A DNA stretch of 57,519 nt, the filler included, from Sphacelaria rigidula (Eukaryota), in the NCBI GenBank assembly GCA_964200075.2. It is 7 parts of 7 records of this genome, joined end to end, with 100 filler letters (N's around TTAATTAATTAA, not from the genome) between each part and the next. Parts side by side here need not be neighbours in the genome. Positions count along the whole stretch, not along the records: positions 8,233 to 16,364 come from CAXNAA020012185.1; positions 16,465 to 24,595 come from CAXNAA020012186.1; 5 more parts are not named here. One strand, written 5' to 3'. Position 1 is the stretch's first letter. Each line of letters starts with the position of its first letter. Below the pieces are notes generated by a model. The model was not told where the DNA came from. It worked only from the letters and a program-made list of their open reading frames with translations, and ran no database searches. The position numbers and the translations under genes were made by a program. Shown one piece after another: positions 12,226 through 24,695 of the stretch.

Positions 12226-15200
12226 TATTTTTCGCACACCAACTCGCGGGGAGAGCTCGACCGCATACACGTATGCGGGGCCGAAGCTCGAACACCGCTG
12301 GCGCCCGGACTACATCCTAGTACGCCAGCAAGACCGCAGACGCGTCTGAGATGTCGCTGTGCACTCCGAGATGGAATCGGACCATCCACTGGTCTCAGTC
12401 GCCATCCGTCTCCTCGGACGGAGCGCACCCAACCGCTAGCCGAAACCGGGAGGCGGGGATAGGGGAGTGCGCTTCGACCGCAAAACCCTCGCATCCGACC
12501 GACGCTAGAGATCGACTGTCTCACAGGCCATTATTGCCAAGCTCCTGAATGTCCCCAACTCTCCCGTAGTAATGGACGTGAACGACATGGCATCTACCTC
12601 GGCCAACGCCCTGCGACAGGCGGCCGTGGATACACTCCCTCGATGCCCGAAGAAACTCCTATCTAGAGGTTTCAATGAGTCAATTCAGGGTCAGGATTGC
12701 TTCCAATAGGCGTGGAATCTCAGGGAAAGTGTATGGAAGAAAGTGCGCGCCAACCCCAAGGACGCTGTCCTGAAGAAGGCGCTGAAGGTAACGCGCAAAG
12801 CGTTCAAATGGGTGCAGGATGCTGAGCTGCAGAACTTCGTGCATGACTTCATAGCCCGGACAGCAGAGCTTGTTCGCAAGAAGGATCAAGCAGGACTGTA
12901 CCAGCACATCAAGTCCCTGGAACTGGAAGGGGAGAAGCAGTGCGACTCAACTTAGGTCAGGAGCGCGACTGGCGAGCTGTTGCGGGCAAGCAAGCCATCA
13001 TGCAACGGTGGAAGGAGTAGTTTGAAGCACTTCTGAACGTAACCTCGCCTACGATCGACCACTCTGTCATCGATCTCATCGAACAGTTATCGGAGCACGC
13101 ACCGCTCGCGACCGAGCCCTCGATGGAAGAAGTGAAAACAGCGGTAGGCAAGCTGGCGAATGGGGAAGTCATTAGGACGAACGACATCTGTGGCGAAATA
13201 TTGAAGCTCGGCCGCACCGAAGATTCTGCCATCCTGAAGTGCCTCCACAACATCGTGCTCACCGTGTGGCGTCAGAAAGTAGTGCCGCAAGAGTGGAAAG
13301 ACACCATCACCGAGGTGTTTTTCAAGAAACACCCGCACGAATGCGGCGACCACCACGGCATTTCTCTCGGGTCCCACACGGGCAAGGCGGTACTCAAGAT
13401 AGTTGCGACTCGCCTCCGCGTCTACTGTGAGTGGAAGGAAATCCTCCCAGAAGCGCAACGCGATTTTCGACCCGACCGGTCGATAGTTGACATGATTTTC
13501 GTTGTGCGCAGGCTTCAAGAAGTAGCCAGAGAGAAGAATCCTCCGCTCTACATGGGCATCATCGACCCACTAAACGCACACGACTCAGTGAACCGCTCTC
13601 TATTCTGGAACATTCTAGCACGCTACGGTATCCCCGCCAAGATGATTTTCATCATTTGCCAGTTTCACGGCGGCATGCGGGCATGCGTATTCCTTGACAG
13701 CGGCGAGACATCTGAGCAATTCAACGTTAACCAGAGCCTCTGCCAAGGCTGTGTGCTTTCCCCCGATCTATTCAGCATCTTCTTCGCCACGGTGCTGACG
13801 GTGACGTTCGACCACTTCTCGATCACTAAAGCGGTGGCGGAGGGATTCATCAGTATCGCTGAAAGGGGCGGGAAGACCAGGGACGAGGTGAGCAATGTGC
13901 TTTGGGCCATGCTATAGGCCGACGACGCCGGCATCGATCGCCTCGCTGTCCCAAGTAAGCCTGGCAAAGATGATTGACGGTCGTCGTCGAAGTATGTGCG
14001 GCATTCGGCCTGGTTGTGGCGGAAAAGAATATAGTCACCATGAACATGCGCTCCCCGAACATGGAGGTGGATATGGTCAAGGTGGAGGCAGCGGGCAAAA
14101 CATACAAGCAAGTCGAGTTTTGCCTCTACCTTGGCGGCAAAATCAGCAGCATCGGTGATGTCGCCTGAAATCCACAGCCGCATTGGCCAGGCCTGGACGT
14201 GCTTCTACAAGTACAGCAGAGCCGTACACGACAACCCGTACATCGCCTTGGCCACAAAGGTTCGTCTCCTGAAGACCAAAGTGATCGAGGATATTCTACG
14301 CGGCTGCGTGACCTGGACGATCGCACACGACAAGTTTGGCTCGTTACGGGAGGTCATTTCCTGCTGAGGTGCCTCAAAAAGCATACCTCGAGCCGCAGCG
14401 TTCCTAACTACCACATGCTGCCATACCATGAGGTCCTCGAAAGAACTAACTGCAAGTGCATCGAGGACACCGAGATGAGGCGAACCCTCCTACATGCCAG
14501 CCGCGTCGTGCGCATGTATGATGAACGCCTCCCCAACATCGTTATGCGTGGAGTCATGGTTGGGGGGAAGACGAAGGCAGCCGACCAGCAATACGCCTAC
14601 AACACTGTATCACGGACTACTGTTCTTTGGAATAAACGCGACATCGTGGACGCAGGTTGCCCAAGATGCGTCCGAATGGTACCGAGTCGGAAAAGAGGGG
14701 GCCAAGATTTACGTGGCAGCCTGGACCAAAGCACGCCATGCTAAGGAATTGTTTGCTGTGCCACCACTAGAGTTCCCAGTGCCTACCGAAGACCTCCGGA
14801 AAATAACCAGTAGCCCATCGGGTAGTACACTCGCTATCACAGTGCAAATGCCGTCTTTACGAACACCTGTGGTAATTGTTTATGATGGTGCCTGGGGTTG
14901 TTGAGTTGACCCTCGCTTGGTGGCCATGCTAATCCCATTTTGTCGTCTGTCTTTCCTTGTATTTTCTTTGCTTCCCCTTTTCTTTCGGTACACTTTGTAG
15001 CAGATCTCAAGTTTTTTTCTCTGTGTTTTTTTCTGGTGTGTTTTTCTCCATCCCGATGTACTCGGGGAAGCAATTCCTCCCCTGTTTTTTTTTCAAGTTT
15101 CTGTTCTTATTTTCATTTTGCTCATATTTTGGTTGGTTGTTTCTGTTTCTGTATTTATTCTGGAGTCTCAGAAAAAATGATGAAGATTCTATGTCTCGTG

Positions 15201-15297
15201 AGGAATAGCAGGGACGATATTGGAAAGACGAGCCCACGTCTGTGACCACGGGTGCGAGAGATTGGACCAACTTGCGGAAATAATCAAGATAATAATA

Positions 15298-15340
<43 letters not shown>
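12226..15340 (+). mobile_element. 5'-truncated, decayed RTE-clade LINE (APE C-terminus + reverse transcriptase + 3' UTR + (AAT)n(AAC)n tail)
   Basis: DYILV...ESDHPLV near 12310-12400; RT motifs QEWKD, EAQRDFRPDRSIVDMIF, LCQGCVLSP, and YADD mutated to *ADD at 13915; several stops and frameshifts; simple-repeat tail ~15289-15340. Confidence 0.9.
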
Positions 15341-15341
<1 letters not shown>

Positions 15342-16115
15342 GGGTAGTGCTATTTCGAAGTCGCGACTTGGACATAAGTTATGTCCAAGTCGCGACTTCG
15401 AAATAGTTATGTCCACCTCCAGCTGGGATTTGACTCCCCGCCCGCGTTCGTCTCATATGCCTCGCATCGACACCACCACACCCGGAATACACTCACACAG
15501 CCCGTAGCCACCGTCCAAGCCATTTCACGGTGCAAACGGTCGCGTAGCGGTCGAGAAACGCGCCTGCTGCACAGTGCCAAAAAATACCACCAACCGACTG
15601 GAGGTGAACATAAGACTTGGAAATAGCTTATGTCCACCTCCAGCGATTGGAATACCTGCCCGCGCTCGTCCCATGTGCCTTGCATCGACACCACAGCAGC
15701 TGCAATACACTCACATAGTCCGCAGCCACCATTCAAGCCATCGCGCCGTGCGAACGGCCTTGTAGCGGTCGAGAAATGCGCCTGCTGCACTATGCCGGAA
15801 AATACCGCCACCCGACTGAAGGCGGACAGCTACTATGTTCAAGCCGCGACTTGGACATGGCTCATGTCCACGTCCAGCGAGTGGAAATCTATCCGCGCTT
15901 GTCCCATGTACCTTGCATCGACACACCACAGCAGCTGCAATGCACTCACACAGTCCGTAGCCACCGTTCAGGCTATCGTGGGGTGCAAACGGCGTCGTAG
16001 CGCAGGAGAAACACGCCTGCTACACACAGGGCAAAAAAATACATCTGCACCCGACTGGACTTGAACATTGCTTTTGTCAGAACGCGACTTGGGCAACTTG
16101 GACGTAAGCTATTTT
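15342..16115. repeat. Palindrome-headed element with three tandem ~220-240-bp units
   Basis: Perfect 28-bp inverted arms at 15350-15377 and 15379-15406; units start near 15407, 15628 and 15863 (ATGTCCAC.TCCAGC...GCATCGACAC...CGCCTGCT.CAC). Confidence 0.85.
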
Positions 16116-16364
16116 GGCTGAAGACGTGGGAGCACGTAATTATGTGCTTGCGATTGATAGCGGTCGCGTTGCAGAGAAGAAGCCAAACAGGTGATTGCCG
16201 CTAGTACGTCCTACCCGTATCGTTCCGCGATGCACTGAGGTTTCAGCCAGCGTGATTAACATGTATCTACAGACAGTGTTCAATAAACTTGGAAGAGCAA
16301 TGGACTTGAAAAGGTATACCTTCTCGTTTTTTGCCCAAGAAAGGTACGAAAAATGGCCAAAAAC

Positions 16365-16464
16365 NNNNNNNNNNNNNNNNNNNNNNNNNNNNNNNNNNNN
16401 NNNNNNNNTTAATTAATTAANNNNNNNNNNNNNNNNNNNNNNNNNNNNNNNNNNNNNNNNNNNN
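16365..16464. other. Artificial contig spacer
   Basis: Same 100-bp N/TTAATTAATTAA/N structure. Confidence 0.98.
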
Positions 16465-16867
16465 CCAGCTTTCGACAGCGGTGCCATCTGCCTCGGCGCA
16501 CACACCGTATCCCAACATGCCCGCACTTAGGGTGTTGACACATTATACTGCTTGTAACGCAGGATATGCCCACACTCAGGCTGTGACATATTATACCGCT
16601 GCACTGCAATAGAGGTGGGTGCGCCTGATGAGCACCGTGTTGACCCCAACTCTACCACCACACAACAGCGTTTGCCAAGGGTAGCAGTGAGAAGTAATCG
16701 CTTCTTGAAGGTGATTCCAGCCCTACACCCGCCGAAAATACTCTCCTCACGCCGTACCGGCAAGACCGGTCATGGTCTTCTTTGGACGACGGGGAACGGA
16801 GCAACAAATGCTCTACTGAAAGTTGGAGTAGCTTGGCTCCAAGGGTCAACGAGCCTCTAATCAGAGT

Positions 16868-17067
16868 TATCTCAAACTCGGCTCCCGGTATCCTGGATTA
16901 TTCGCTGGCTCTGAGGTTTGTATTATTTTTCAAGTGGAAGTGATCGCGATTCATGAGAGGACCTGACCTGGCGGTCAACGGGTCTCATCATCTGATGAAT
17001 CGGCACCACTTTCACTTGAAAAAATAGGACAAATCAAACAATGATACCGGGAGCCGAGTTTGAGATA
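16868..17067. mobile_element. 200-bp MITE/foldback element
   Basis: Perfect 25-bp terminal inverted repeat TATCTCAAACTCGGCTCCCGGTATC / GATACCGGGAGCCGAGTTTGAGATA, plus internal complementary arms. Confidence 0.8.
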
Positions 17068-19159
17068 CCTCAATTATGCTCCCACCCAAAATGTCGTGGA
17101 ACAATTTGAAAAGTCCCCGTTAGTGCCGTTCGAATAAACTGGTCGCTCTCAATTGGATCTTGAACTCTCAATCTCACGAAAACACCATTATCAATGGAAA
17201 GCTCCATCCTCAAAATTCATGGTCGATTACCGGCAAGACCGTGGCATTCCGGAATCAAAAGAGTGATACGGCGTTAGGAGGGTGGATGTTTGTTGCGGGA
17301 GGCAGATGGTTACATCGACCGCCCGAATCGGTGCAGGGGGGGGTTCAGGAGGAAGCATGTGGAGGAGACAGGGAAAAACAAAATTACCCAATGCATTTCT
17401 CCTAATGTTTAGCGTATATCCCATGTCATCGACTCTTGGGAGGTCGCAGGCTCAGGAGGACGCCATTGGAACCAACTGACACGCAGAGGTTAGTTATCCG
17501 CGTGCGGTTATCGTGTTGCACAGTATTCCAAAAGGTCAAGTTTAGTATCATCGTTCGTTGCCAATTCCTTTTGGCGGTGACACACTCGTGTGACTCATAT
17601 CAACATATACAGTATCGCAAAATCGGCGTTTCGGTCGAGGGCGTCGACACACTACTCGCCATACACTTGTGCACCCAACGGCGCGTCGCACCATGTATTG
17701 AACACCTTCACTATGTACGCCAGGAACGGTATATGACTACGTGTTAGTAGAGGACAACATCCACCAGTACAGATCTAGGCGTGCACAACGTATCTACAAA
17801 AAGCATACCTCCAAATCACCCAACAGAGTGTTCACTATTACCACAGATCTAGCCGTGCAACGCATCTACAGAAAAAATGTCTTGAAATTCATCAACCGAC
17901 TCAATCAAAATGCAGAATCATCATCATGGCCATAATCGCCTTCTAGGCCGCGTCCTCCTTCTCAGACCGCTGCACTCCGAGTCTGAATCTCCAATCCAGA
18001 TCCCGGCTGAAAGCTTACATCCGCCCCGTCGGTCCGTCTGGCCCGCCATCGCAACAATTGCGACCGGCGGTAGCTGCTCACGCACCCGATCTTTCTCCCC
18101 CCAACCTCGCGCCGTGGCGCCGACACGGCTCCCTATCACAACTCCTTTTCACCGCGGGCCCCGAAACCCTCGTCGCCTCATCCGCCTCGCCCCTTCCGCG
18201 GCATGTAGTGGATTCACCCCTGCGGTGGCTCGCCGTGGATCCGCCCTTACCATGACGAGGTCGGCGGCGCGCTCCGATATTCACTCCGGCGAGATTAGCT
18301 GCGGGAGTCGCGCCGGTTGGTAGGGGAGGAATCGGGGGCAAGAAGCAGTAGCGGCCCTGGCAATCGCAGCTCAGGGTGTAGTTTCCAAAACACTTGCATT
18401 TTTTGCATCTGTGATCCCTGTTCCCCGCCTTTTCCGGGTTGCATGTACATCTGAGAGTTTTCACGATCCCAGATGTATGAACGGACGTGTGACTTGATAG
18501 GTACAAAACAATGTTGTCCAGTGTCGCTTCACCTCCCCTCTGCTCGCCACCTTCGACCCACCCTTGTGGTGAGTTTTCGTTTTCGGCTCCACACCCCATT
18601 CCCATCCGTGGAAGTTCACTGCGGACATCTCAACCCCAAAGCCCCCCCGCCGGTATTCGAACACTGCATCAGACTGTTTTACGTGCTTCCTATAGGCATC
18701 CAAGTCTGGGCAGCAGCGGGAAGTCATGTGCCCATTTACTGTGGTAATACAGAGGCAGATCTTGTTCACGAAGGACTCCAAGTCCCACTCACACGTGGTG
18801 AAGAGAAGGACCGGGGTGGCCGCGACCTGCTCAAAGGCGTTTTCGTACTTGAATAAAAATACCGTGGCGAGCAGCTTTACGCCCTCGTCGATATTCGCCT
18901 TGAGGCTTTTGCCCTTTATCTCCACTTTAGGTTTGTGAAGAGGTTTGGAGATCGCACGGCCTTCAGAACGAACTCTCACACCTTCAGGAAGGAAACCCCA
19001 GACACGCTCGGCAGGAAGTCACCGCCAGCCAACCGGTAGGTGGAAACAAACACGGCCACCTTGACAGGTTGCGTCAGCCAAGCATACTGCCCGTCGAGAG
19101 TCGCCCGAACCCCCGCACTAGCGCCAACATCCACGCTTGGCGCCCTCATCACCGCGGCC

Positions 19160-19743
19160 GCCCCCTCGCGTCCTCCCACACCAGCCCACGCCTCAAGATA
19201 CATCTGCATGGGCGCCCCTACCACAGCACTACCGCCGATAATTCCGCCCGCCGCAATTCTCACCGCAGCTCCCGATACCGGCGGCATCGCCGGTCCTCCC
19301 TCCCCTCGCCCGCCTGGCGCCGCCGCAGAATTCGACGGGCAGATCACCGCCGCCAGCCAGCTGCCGAAAACACTCGCGCCTGACACCGCTACTTCCGTCG
19401 CCGTTGCCACCTTCCCCCCCGGTAGCTCCGCCATCATCACGTGTGGCTCCCTAATCGCCACGACTGCTCCCTCGCGTCCTCCTCCACCAGCCCACGCCTC
19501 AATATATGTCCGCATGGGCGCCCCTGCCACAGCACTATCGCCGATAACTTCGCCCGCCGCAATTCCCGCCGCAGCTCCCGACACCCGCGGCACCGACGGT
19601 CCTCCTTCCCCCTGCCCACCTGCTGCCGCTGAATTCGACCCGGAAACCGCCTCCGCCAGCCCTTCGCCGGAAACGCTCGCGTCTGACACCGCTGACTCCG
19701 CCTCCGTCGTCATCGCCCCCCCCGGTAGCTCAGCCATCACCAC
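19160..19743. repeat. Tandem ~306-bp duplication, in frame within ORF 18976-20283 (Ala/Gly-rich ~100-aa repeat)
   Basis: Copies start near 19160 and 19466; the peptide VMAELPGG...GEGGP..P.VSGAA..IAAG...S.V.GAPM..Y.EAWAG.GGREGA occurs twice. Confidence 0.9.
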
Positions 19744-21620
19744 TTCCGTGTTCCATGGCCGGCTCGCATTATCCCACGCGCGGTCATCCACACCATCACA
19801 CCCCTCATTGTCTGCCATCACCACCGCTGCTATGTCGCCTCCTCCTTTGCCTGCTTCCGGTGCTTCTTTCGACACATTTGTCGGTATGTAACCACTTAGG
19901 CTTGGCGGCATTCTGCTCCCATCTGTTACCATCAAGGGCCCGTCGTGGTTCTCGACTAGTACTCGCTCGAACGTACCGCTGGCGAGGTAGTTCCGTACGT
20001 GTTTGTTGTTTTCCCGAAGCAAGCTTTGGAAGCCTGGTCCCCTGGGAAGGGCCGTGGTTGACGTCGGATGGAACTTTCTGACGTCTTTTTGGACTTTATC
20101 CATCCGCCCTCGCTGCTCGTGTGACTTGATTATTCTTACGGCGTCGGGGTCATCGTATACTAACACCAATAGCCGGGTCCCGGGGTCGGTCCATTCAGTG
20201 TGCACTTTGGTCGCGTGGTCAGTTTCGACTGCTCGATACCCGCCCTCTGTGACGGCCTGATGAGGCTCTCGATACGCTCCCACGGCGCAGTTGACCGCAT
20301 GACCCTGTGCTACGTAGTACGGATCTAGCTGTTCGGCATCGGGACAGGCAGATTACATCCGCTGTGTCTCGAGACTTTTGTTGGCGTGTTCTAAGTCTGA
20401 GCAGCCGGTACAGGGGGAAAGGATCGAAGCGGCGAGGGGGGCGGCATGACGGAAAATGAACGCGAGTGAAGGAAATTTATTTTTAGACTAGAGCGTCTGC
20501 TCGGAATCCCCACTCTAAATATCTGGTGACTAGTCTGGTATGGGGGCACCAATACTTAGCATTAACCAAGGCTAGACATACACTGGCTGTGACCCGCTAA
20601 CTGCTAAGGGGGCGTCGTGTGGGTGCTCGTATTCCTATGATACCACCGCCAGACCACAGATCAGCGGTAGCGATCTCTCTAACCTCCGCTGGAATGAAGA
20701 ATACTGAACGGGACGAGCACGCCGAGCTTCAGATGTGTCATCTTCTTTTCCTCCTGGGAAATATTGGGCACCCCCACGATCCTCCGGAAAGCGGTGAGTA
20801 GCTCCTCGGTATTCATAGTGTTGCTTTTCGTGCTGGATTTCAACGCCGAGTTCCGGCCTTGACTCTTCGTCGGCATGATCGTCAGGTTCTTCGGCGGAAT
20901 CGTGTACACCTTCCTCTTCGTTGCCCCCTTCTTTGTCTTGTCACCCAACACGTAACACGCGATATGGTCATCAAACTTCTTCCGCGATATGTCGGAGCAC
21001 GACAAAACCGCCACCGCCTGTGGACCACTGACCACTCACCCGTCCAGCGCATGCGGCAGCTCCTTGCCGGCCGGCGTGAAGGCAGGAATGCCGTGCAGGC
21101 TCTGGCACGCCTTTGTCATATGGTACTGGCGCTTCAGGAACAACTCTCGTGCAGGGTTCCGCCCGGCGTCATCCCCGAAGAAGAGGTGCTCCCTCACTTC
21201 CGCTTCCGAGACATCCCGACATTCTGCGATAGTCGCGAGTTTTTCCATCGCAATAGGAGTCTTCTGGTTTGTGACTTGTTTGAAGAACCTGTTCGCCATC
21301 TCCTGCCGCTCGTCCTGCCCCACCCTTGCCCAATTTCTGTTGTCGCGCAACGACACCGAAAACAATTGTTCGACGAACTACAAGCCCGATTCCGGCATCT
21401 GCGCCATGTGCAGCAGGAGTTGAACACCCCATCCCCACGCGTCTATCGCCGCCAACGGTGACACCTTCATGCGGGGTGTTACCCGCCTCTTGAAGAGGTA
21501 CTGGCGACGGATTTGATGGCGACTCCCTCTGTGTATGGTTTTCCGACGCGAAAATTCCCGAAAATTCACCAGTCGCGCCTTTCCCGCCCGGTAGACGTTT
21601 AAGCTTGCTACGCTCTGCGC

Positions 21621-21974
21621 TCCGATGGTAGCTGCGTCCCACCGCGCAGCCGCGGTATTTCACACCTGCGTCATTAGCTGAAGCCATTGATGCCTCCGAG
21701 GCACTGAACAATGCAGTCGCCGGGCCTTTAGCGTACGATGGGGGACTTCACTCCTTTCGCGCAGCACCCCTTCCGTCGGTATGACCCCGGCGACATCCGA
21801 TGGTAGCTGCGTCCCACCGCGCAGCCGCGGTATTTCACACCTGCGTCATTAGCTGAAGCCATTGATGCCTCCGAGGCACTGAACAATGCAATCGCCGGGC
21901 CTTTAGCGTACGATGGGGGACTTCACTCCTTTCGCGCAGTACCCCTTTCGTCGGTATGACCCCCGGCGACATCC
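21621..21974. repeat. Near-identical ~175-bp tandem duplication
   Basis: TCCGATGGTAGCTGCGTCCC...GGCGACATCC at 21621 and 21796. Confidence 0.95.
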
Positions 21975-22852
21975 CTCAGATTATCCGCCGACACGTCATG
22001 TTCGGAATATGTCGATCGAGACGTGCTTTCGACAATGGATGTGGCATGTTCCGGACGGGATCGCGGCCGGAGTGGTGCAGGCACGTCGCCACCTGTACGG
22101 AGAAGGCGCTAGGGTATATGGGCACAGAGGGTCAGTCTTCCGATGTTGATAGTTTTGAAAGCGTGGGAGCGGAGTGTTTATGTCGGCCTATGATACAAGC
22201 AGGTCTAGCCAATTTCCTTTAAAACACCCTTCTTCACCGGGAACAAGAGGAATGGGACCAGATACGTGCAATCTGCAGCTGTTCTACTTCGCACGGTCAC
22301 TACAACAGGAGCGCTCTGGCGCGGTTACCTCGGGATCGATTACGGTGCCGTATCTCGCGTTCGGACTGCCCCGGGAGGCGTCTCAGGAGCACCCCAGGGT
22401 TTGCATCCCAACTGCGAGCCTTGGGGATCTTCCACACCTGCAATTATCAAAGAAGCCGGAGAGGTAGGTGGGTGTATGCGGAGTTGAAGGTCCCTGCTTT
22501 TGATCCAATATGTCTTCCATTGTGCGGTATCCTCCAACTACAACAGACCTTCGTTTCTCGTGCCGTCATATCTGGTGATCCCGGCATGCAACTTTGCTAC
22601 TGTACGACCGTCCAAATTTACAACTCGAAATTCATGTCCGCGACAACTCCATCGATCTCTCCCCACGTAGAGTGTCGATTGAACCCGGGAGCAGGTGCCC
22701 AACGATTGGTGGTTGCGAAAGAATACGGCACCTGTAGCAATTTGTACCTCACTTCGTGGAGTACACCAACCTCAGACACGTGCCTGGCGAGCTCAGTTAG
22801 CACGTGATGAATCCTGCAGGCTTTGACACGACCGCGATATACGCACTACATG

Positions 22853-23130
22853 TGCATGGTGTTTTCGTCTTATAGTCGAGGCTCTGTCATGTCATGCACA
22901 ACACTTCGCAGACTGTATTGTGCTCTACAGTGGACCCCACTTTACTAGACCAGTTATGTCCCGTGCTGCACTCGGGTGACGCACTACGGTAGCACAGTAC
23001 ATGGTGGTTTCATCTTACGGTCGAGGCTCTACCATGTCATGCACAACACTTCGCAGACTGTATAATGCCATACAGTGAACCCCACTTTACTAGACCAGCT
23101 TTGTTCCGTGCCGCACTCGGGCGGGTACTA
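22853..23130. repeat. Diverged ~145-bp tandem duplication
   Basis: CATGTCATGCACAACACTTCGCAGACTGTAT...CCCCACTTTACTAGACCAG occurs twice. Confidence 0.9.
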
Positions 23131-23309
23131 TTCTGAAACCGGAGCTGTACTACACTGCTCTGTACTGGTTGTATAGCAGTAGTATACCAGGTACTCCAGA
23201 GCTCCCGTGTACTGGTATGCAGCAAAAGGAAAACCTTTTCGAACTTCAGCAGGCTCGTTTACTTTTCGGCACGTGTGGAAGACACCTCTTTGCAGTGACA
23301 TATCACAGA

Positions 23310-24520
23310 CTGATGCCAGTCCAATGTCGGATCAGCAGTCACGGCCATGCATTCTGCCCTGCAGAATATACATCGCACTTCATCGGCGTCGATGCACTCG
23401 CCAGTCTCAGCTCTCATCAAGGCATATACGGCTTTTTGCCAGGCCACGCTCAAAGACTAATCGGCGTCTGCTCACGTGCAATTCAACGATGATTCTACAC
23501 CTGCCACGCCCAAACCCGTACGTTTGGCGCCCCGATCGGCGACATCGCGTCCTCCGTTCGTTACTCATGAAAATTCAACGAATACGAGTCCAGCCCCTCC
23601 TCGACTTCAAACCAAAGTCTTGCTCGCGCTCCTGACCGGCGCCGCACACCGACAGTTGGTCACGACCACGTCACCCGTGCTGGCAGTTCCAAGGACACCT
23701 CCCGGCAAAGCTTGAGCTCATCGCGCAGTTTCACAGGCCCGAAGAATGTCGCTCATGCTCGCACATGTGGCGGTAATTCACGACGCAATTCCAATTCATC
23801 GCGCGCTTCGAAGCGCCCGGTGAATGCCAACCGTGACCGTACTCACGAGGATGATTCGCGGCACAGACCAAGTTCATCGCGCGTTCCCTCGCGCTCGAAG
23901 AATACCGATCATGCAACCACGCGCACCCCTCCTGCTCCGCATCCGTCACGCCGCCGTCATTTACGCAATGATAATACTGTACATGTTGACGATATCCAAA
24001 ATATATTGTCGGACATGTCACCTGTTCTTGAATCCTCAATTGAGGGACCCGGCCGTATTCATCGCAAAACCGACGACCCTGCAATGACCGCGACCCGCCG
24101 TCCCGCTCCGATGCTGCGATTATCCGTTCTCTTCAACAACGATTGACAGATCTCGAGCGAGAACTAGCAAAATCAACAATGGAGAACTCAAGATCCGCCG
24201 CCGCTGCCGCCAAGGCCACGGTGGAGACCACCGGCGTTACTGCAGCTACTGCTGCCGCCACAACTGCCGCTGCTGCCGCTGCTACCTTGGCCGCTGCGCC
24301 TTCTGCCACGCCAACTACAGTCACGGCCCCAACACCCGTTGCCACCCCGTCTGCAGTCGATACCGACGCAGATAGTGGTCCAACCACTGGCCCGGTCGCG
24401 GATGTCCTCGTGCGCTCGCCCCTGTCTGTAGAGCATCTCCCCCCGCTCGGCAACGAGCATTGCCCTACCGGCCTTCTGTTGAGGCTGTTCAGGACCCGCC
24501 CCCGTGCGGAGCAATGCTAC
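23310..24520 (+). mobile_element. Fragment of Ty3/Gypsy gag N-terminal region (same family as 28022-32570)
   Basis: Colinear nucleotide and peptide similarity to 28620-29780 (e.g. QF.DDS.PATPKPV; LQQRLT.LER.L). Confidence 0.85.
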
Positions 24521-24595
24521 GGTAGGGGTGCACTTTTTTCGCGAAATTTTGTGTGGTTCAGCGGCTCCTACCGATTCTAGACGCCCAAGAATATG

Positions 24596-24695
24596 NNNNN
24601 NNNNNNNNNNNNNNNNNNNNNNNNNNNNNNNNNNNNNNNTTAATTAATTAANNNNNNNNNNNNNNNNNNNNNNNNNNNNNNNNNNNNNNNNNNNN
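24596..24695. other. Artificial contig spacer
   Basis: Same 100-bp structure. Confidence 0.98.

Larger units (their letters stand above)
18330..22800 (-). mobile_element. Decayed Academ-like DNA transposon (DDE transposase + XPG/PIN-like nuclease + Cys-rich finger)
   Basis: Colinear fragments: FSVS..RNWARVGQDERQEMANRFFK; VPFSILHSSGG; ETDHATKVH...LLVLVYDDPDAVRI; LAGGDFLPSVSGVS; CPDLDAYRKHVKQS...FHGWEW; CTC..RCKKCKC..SCDCQGRYC. Boundaries are approximate and 21600-22800 is weakly supported. Confidence 0.6.

Noticed and set aside
15407-16110. Repeat array with palindromic motifs as a possible CRISPR
   Set aside because: The units are homologous along their whole length (no unique spacers), there are no cas genes, and the context is eukaryotic
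19040-19891. 283-aa plus-strand Ala/Pro-rich ORF
   Set aside because: Antisense shadow of the GC-rich minus-strand ORF 18976-20283
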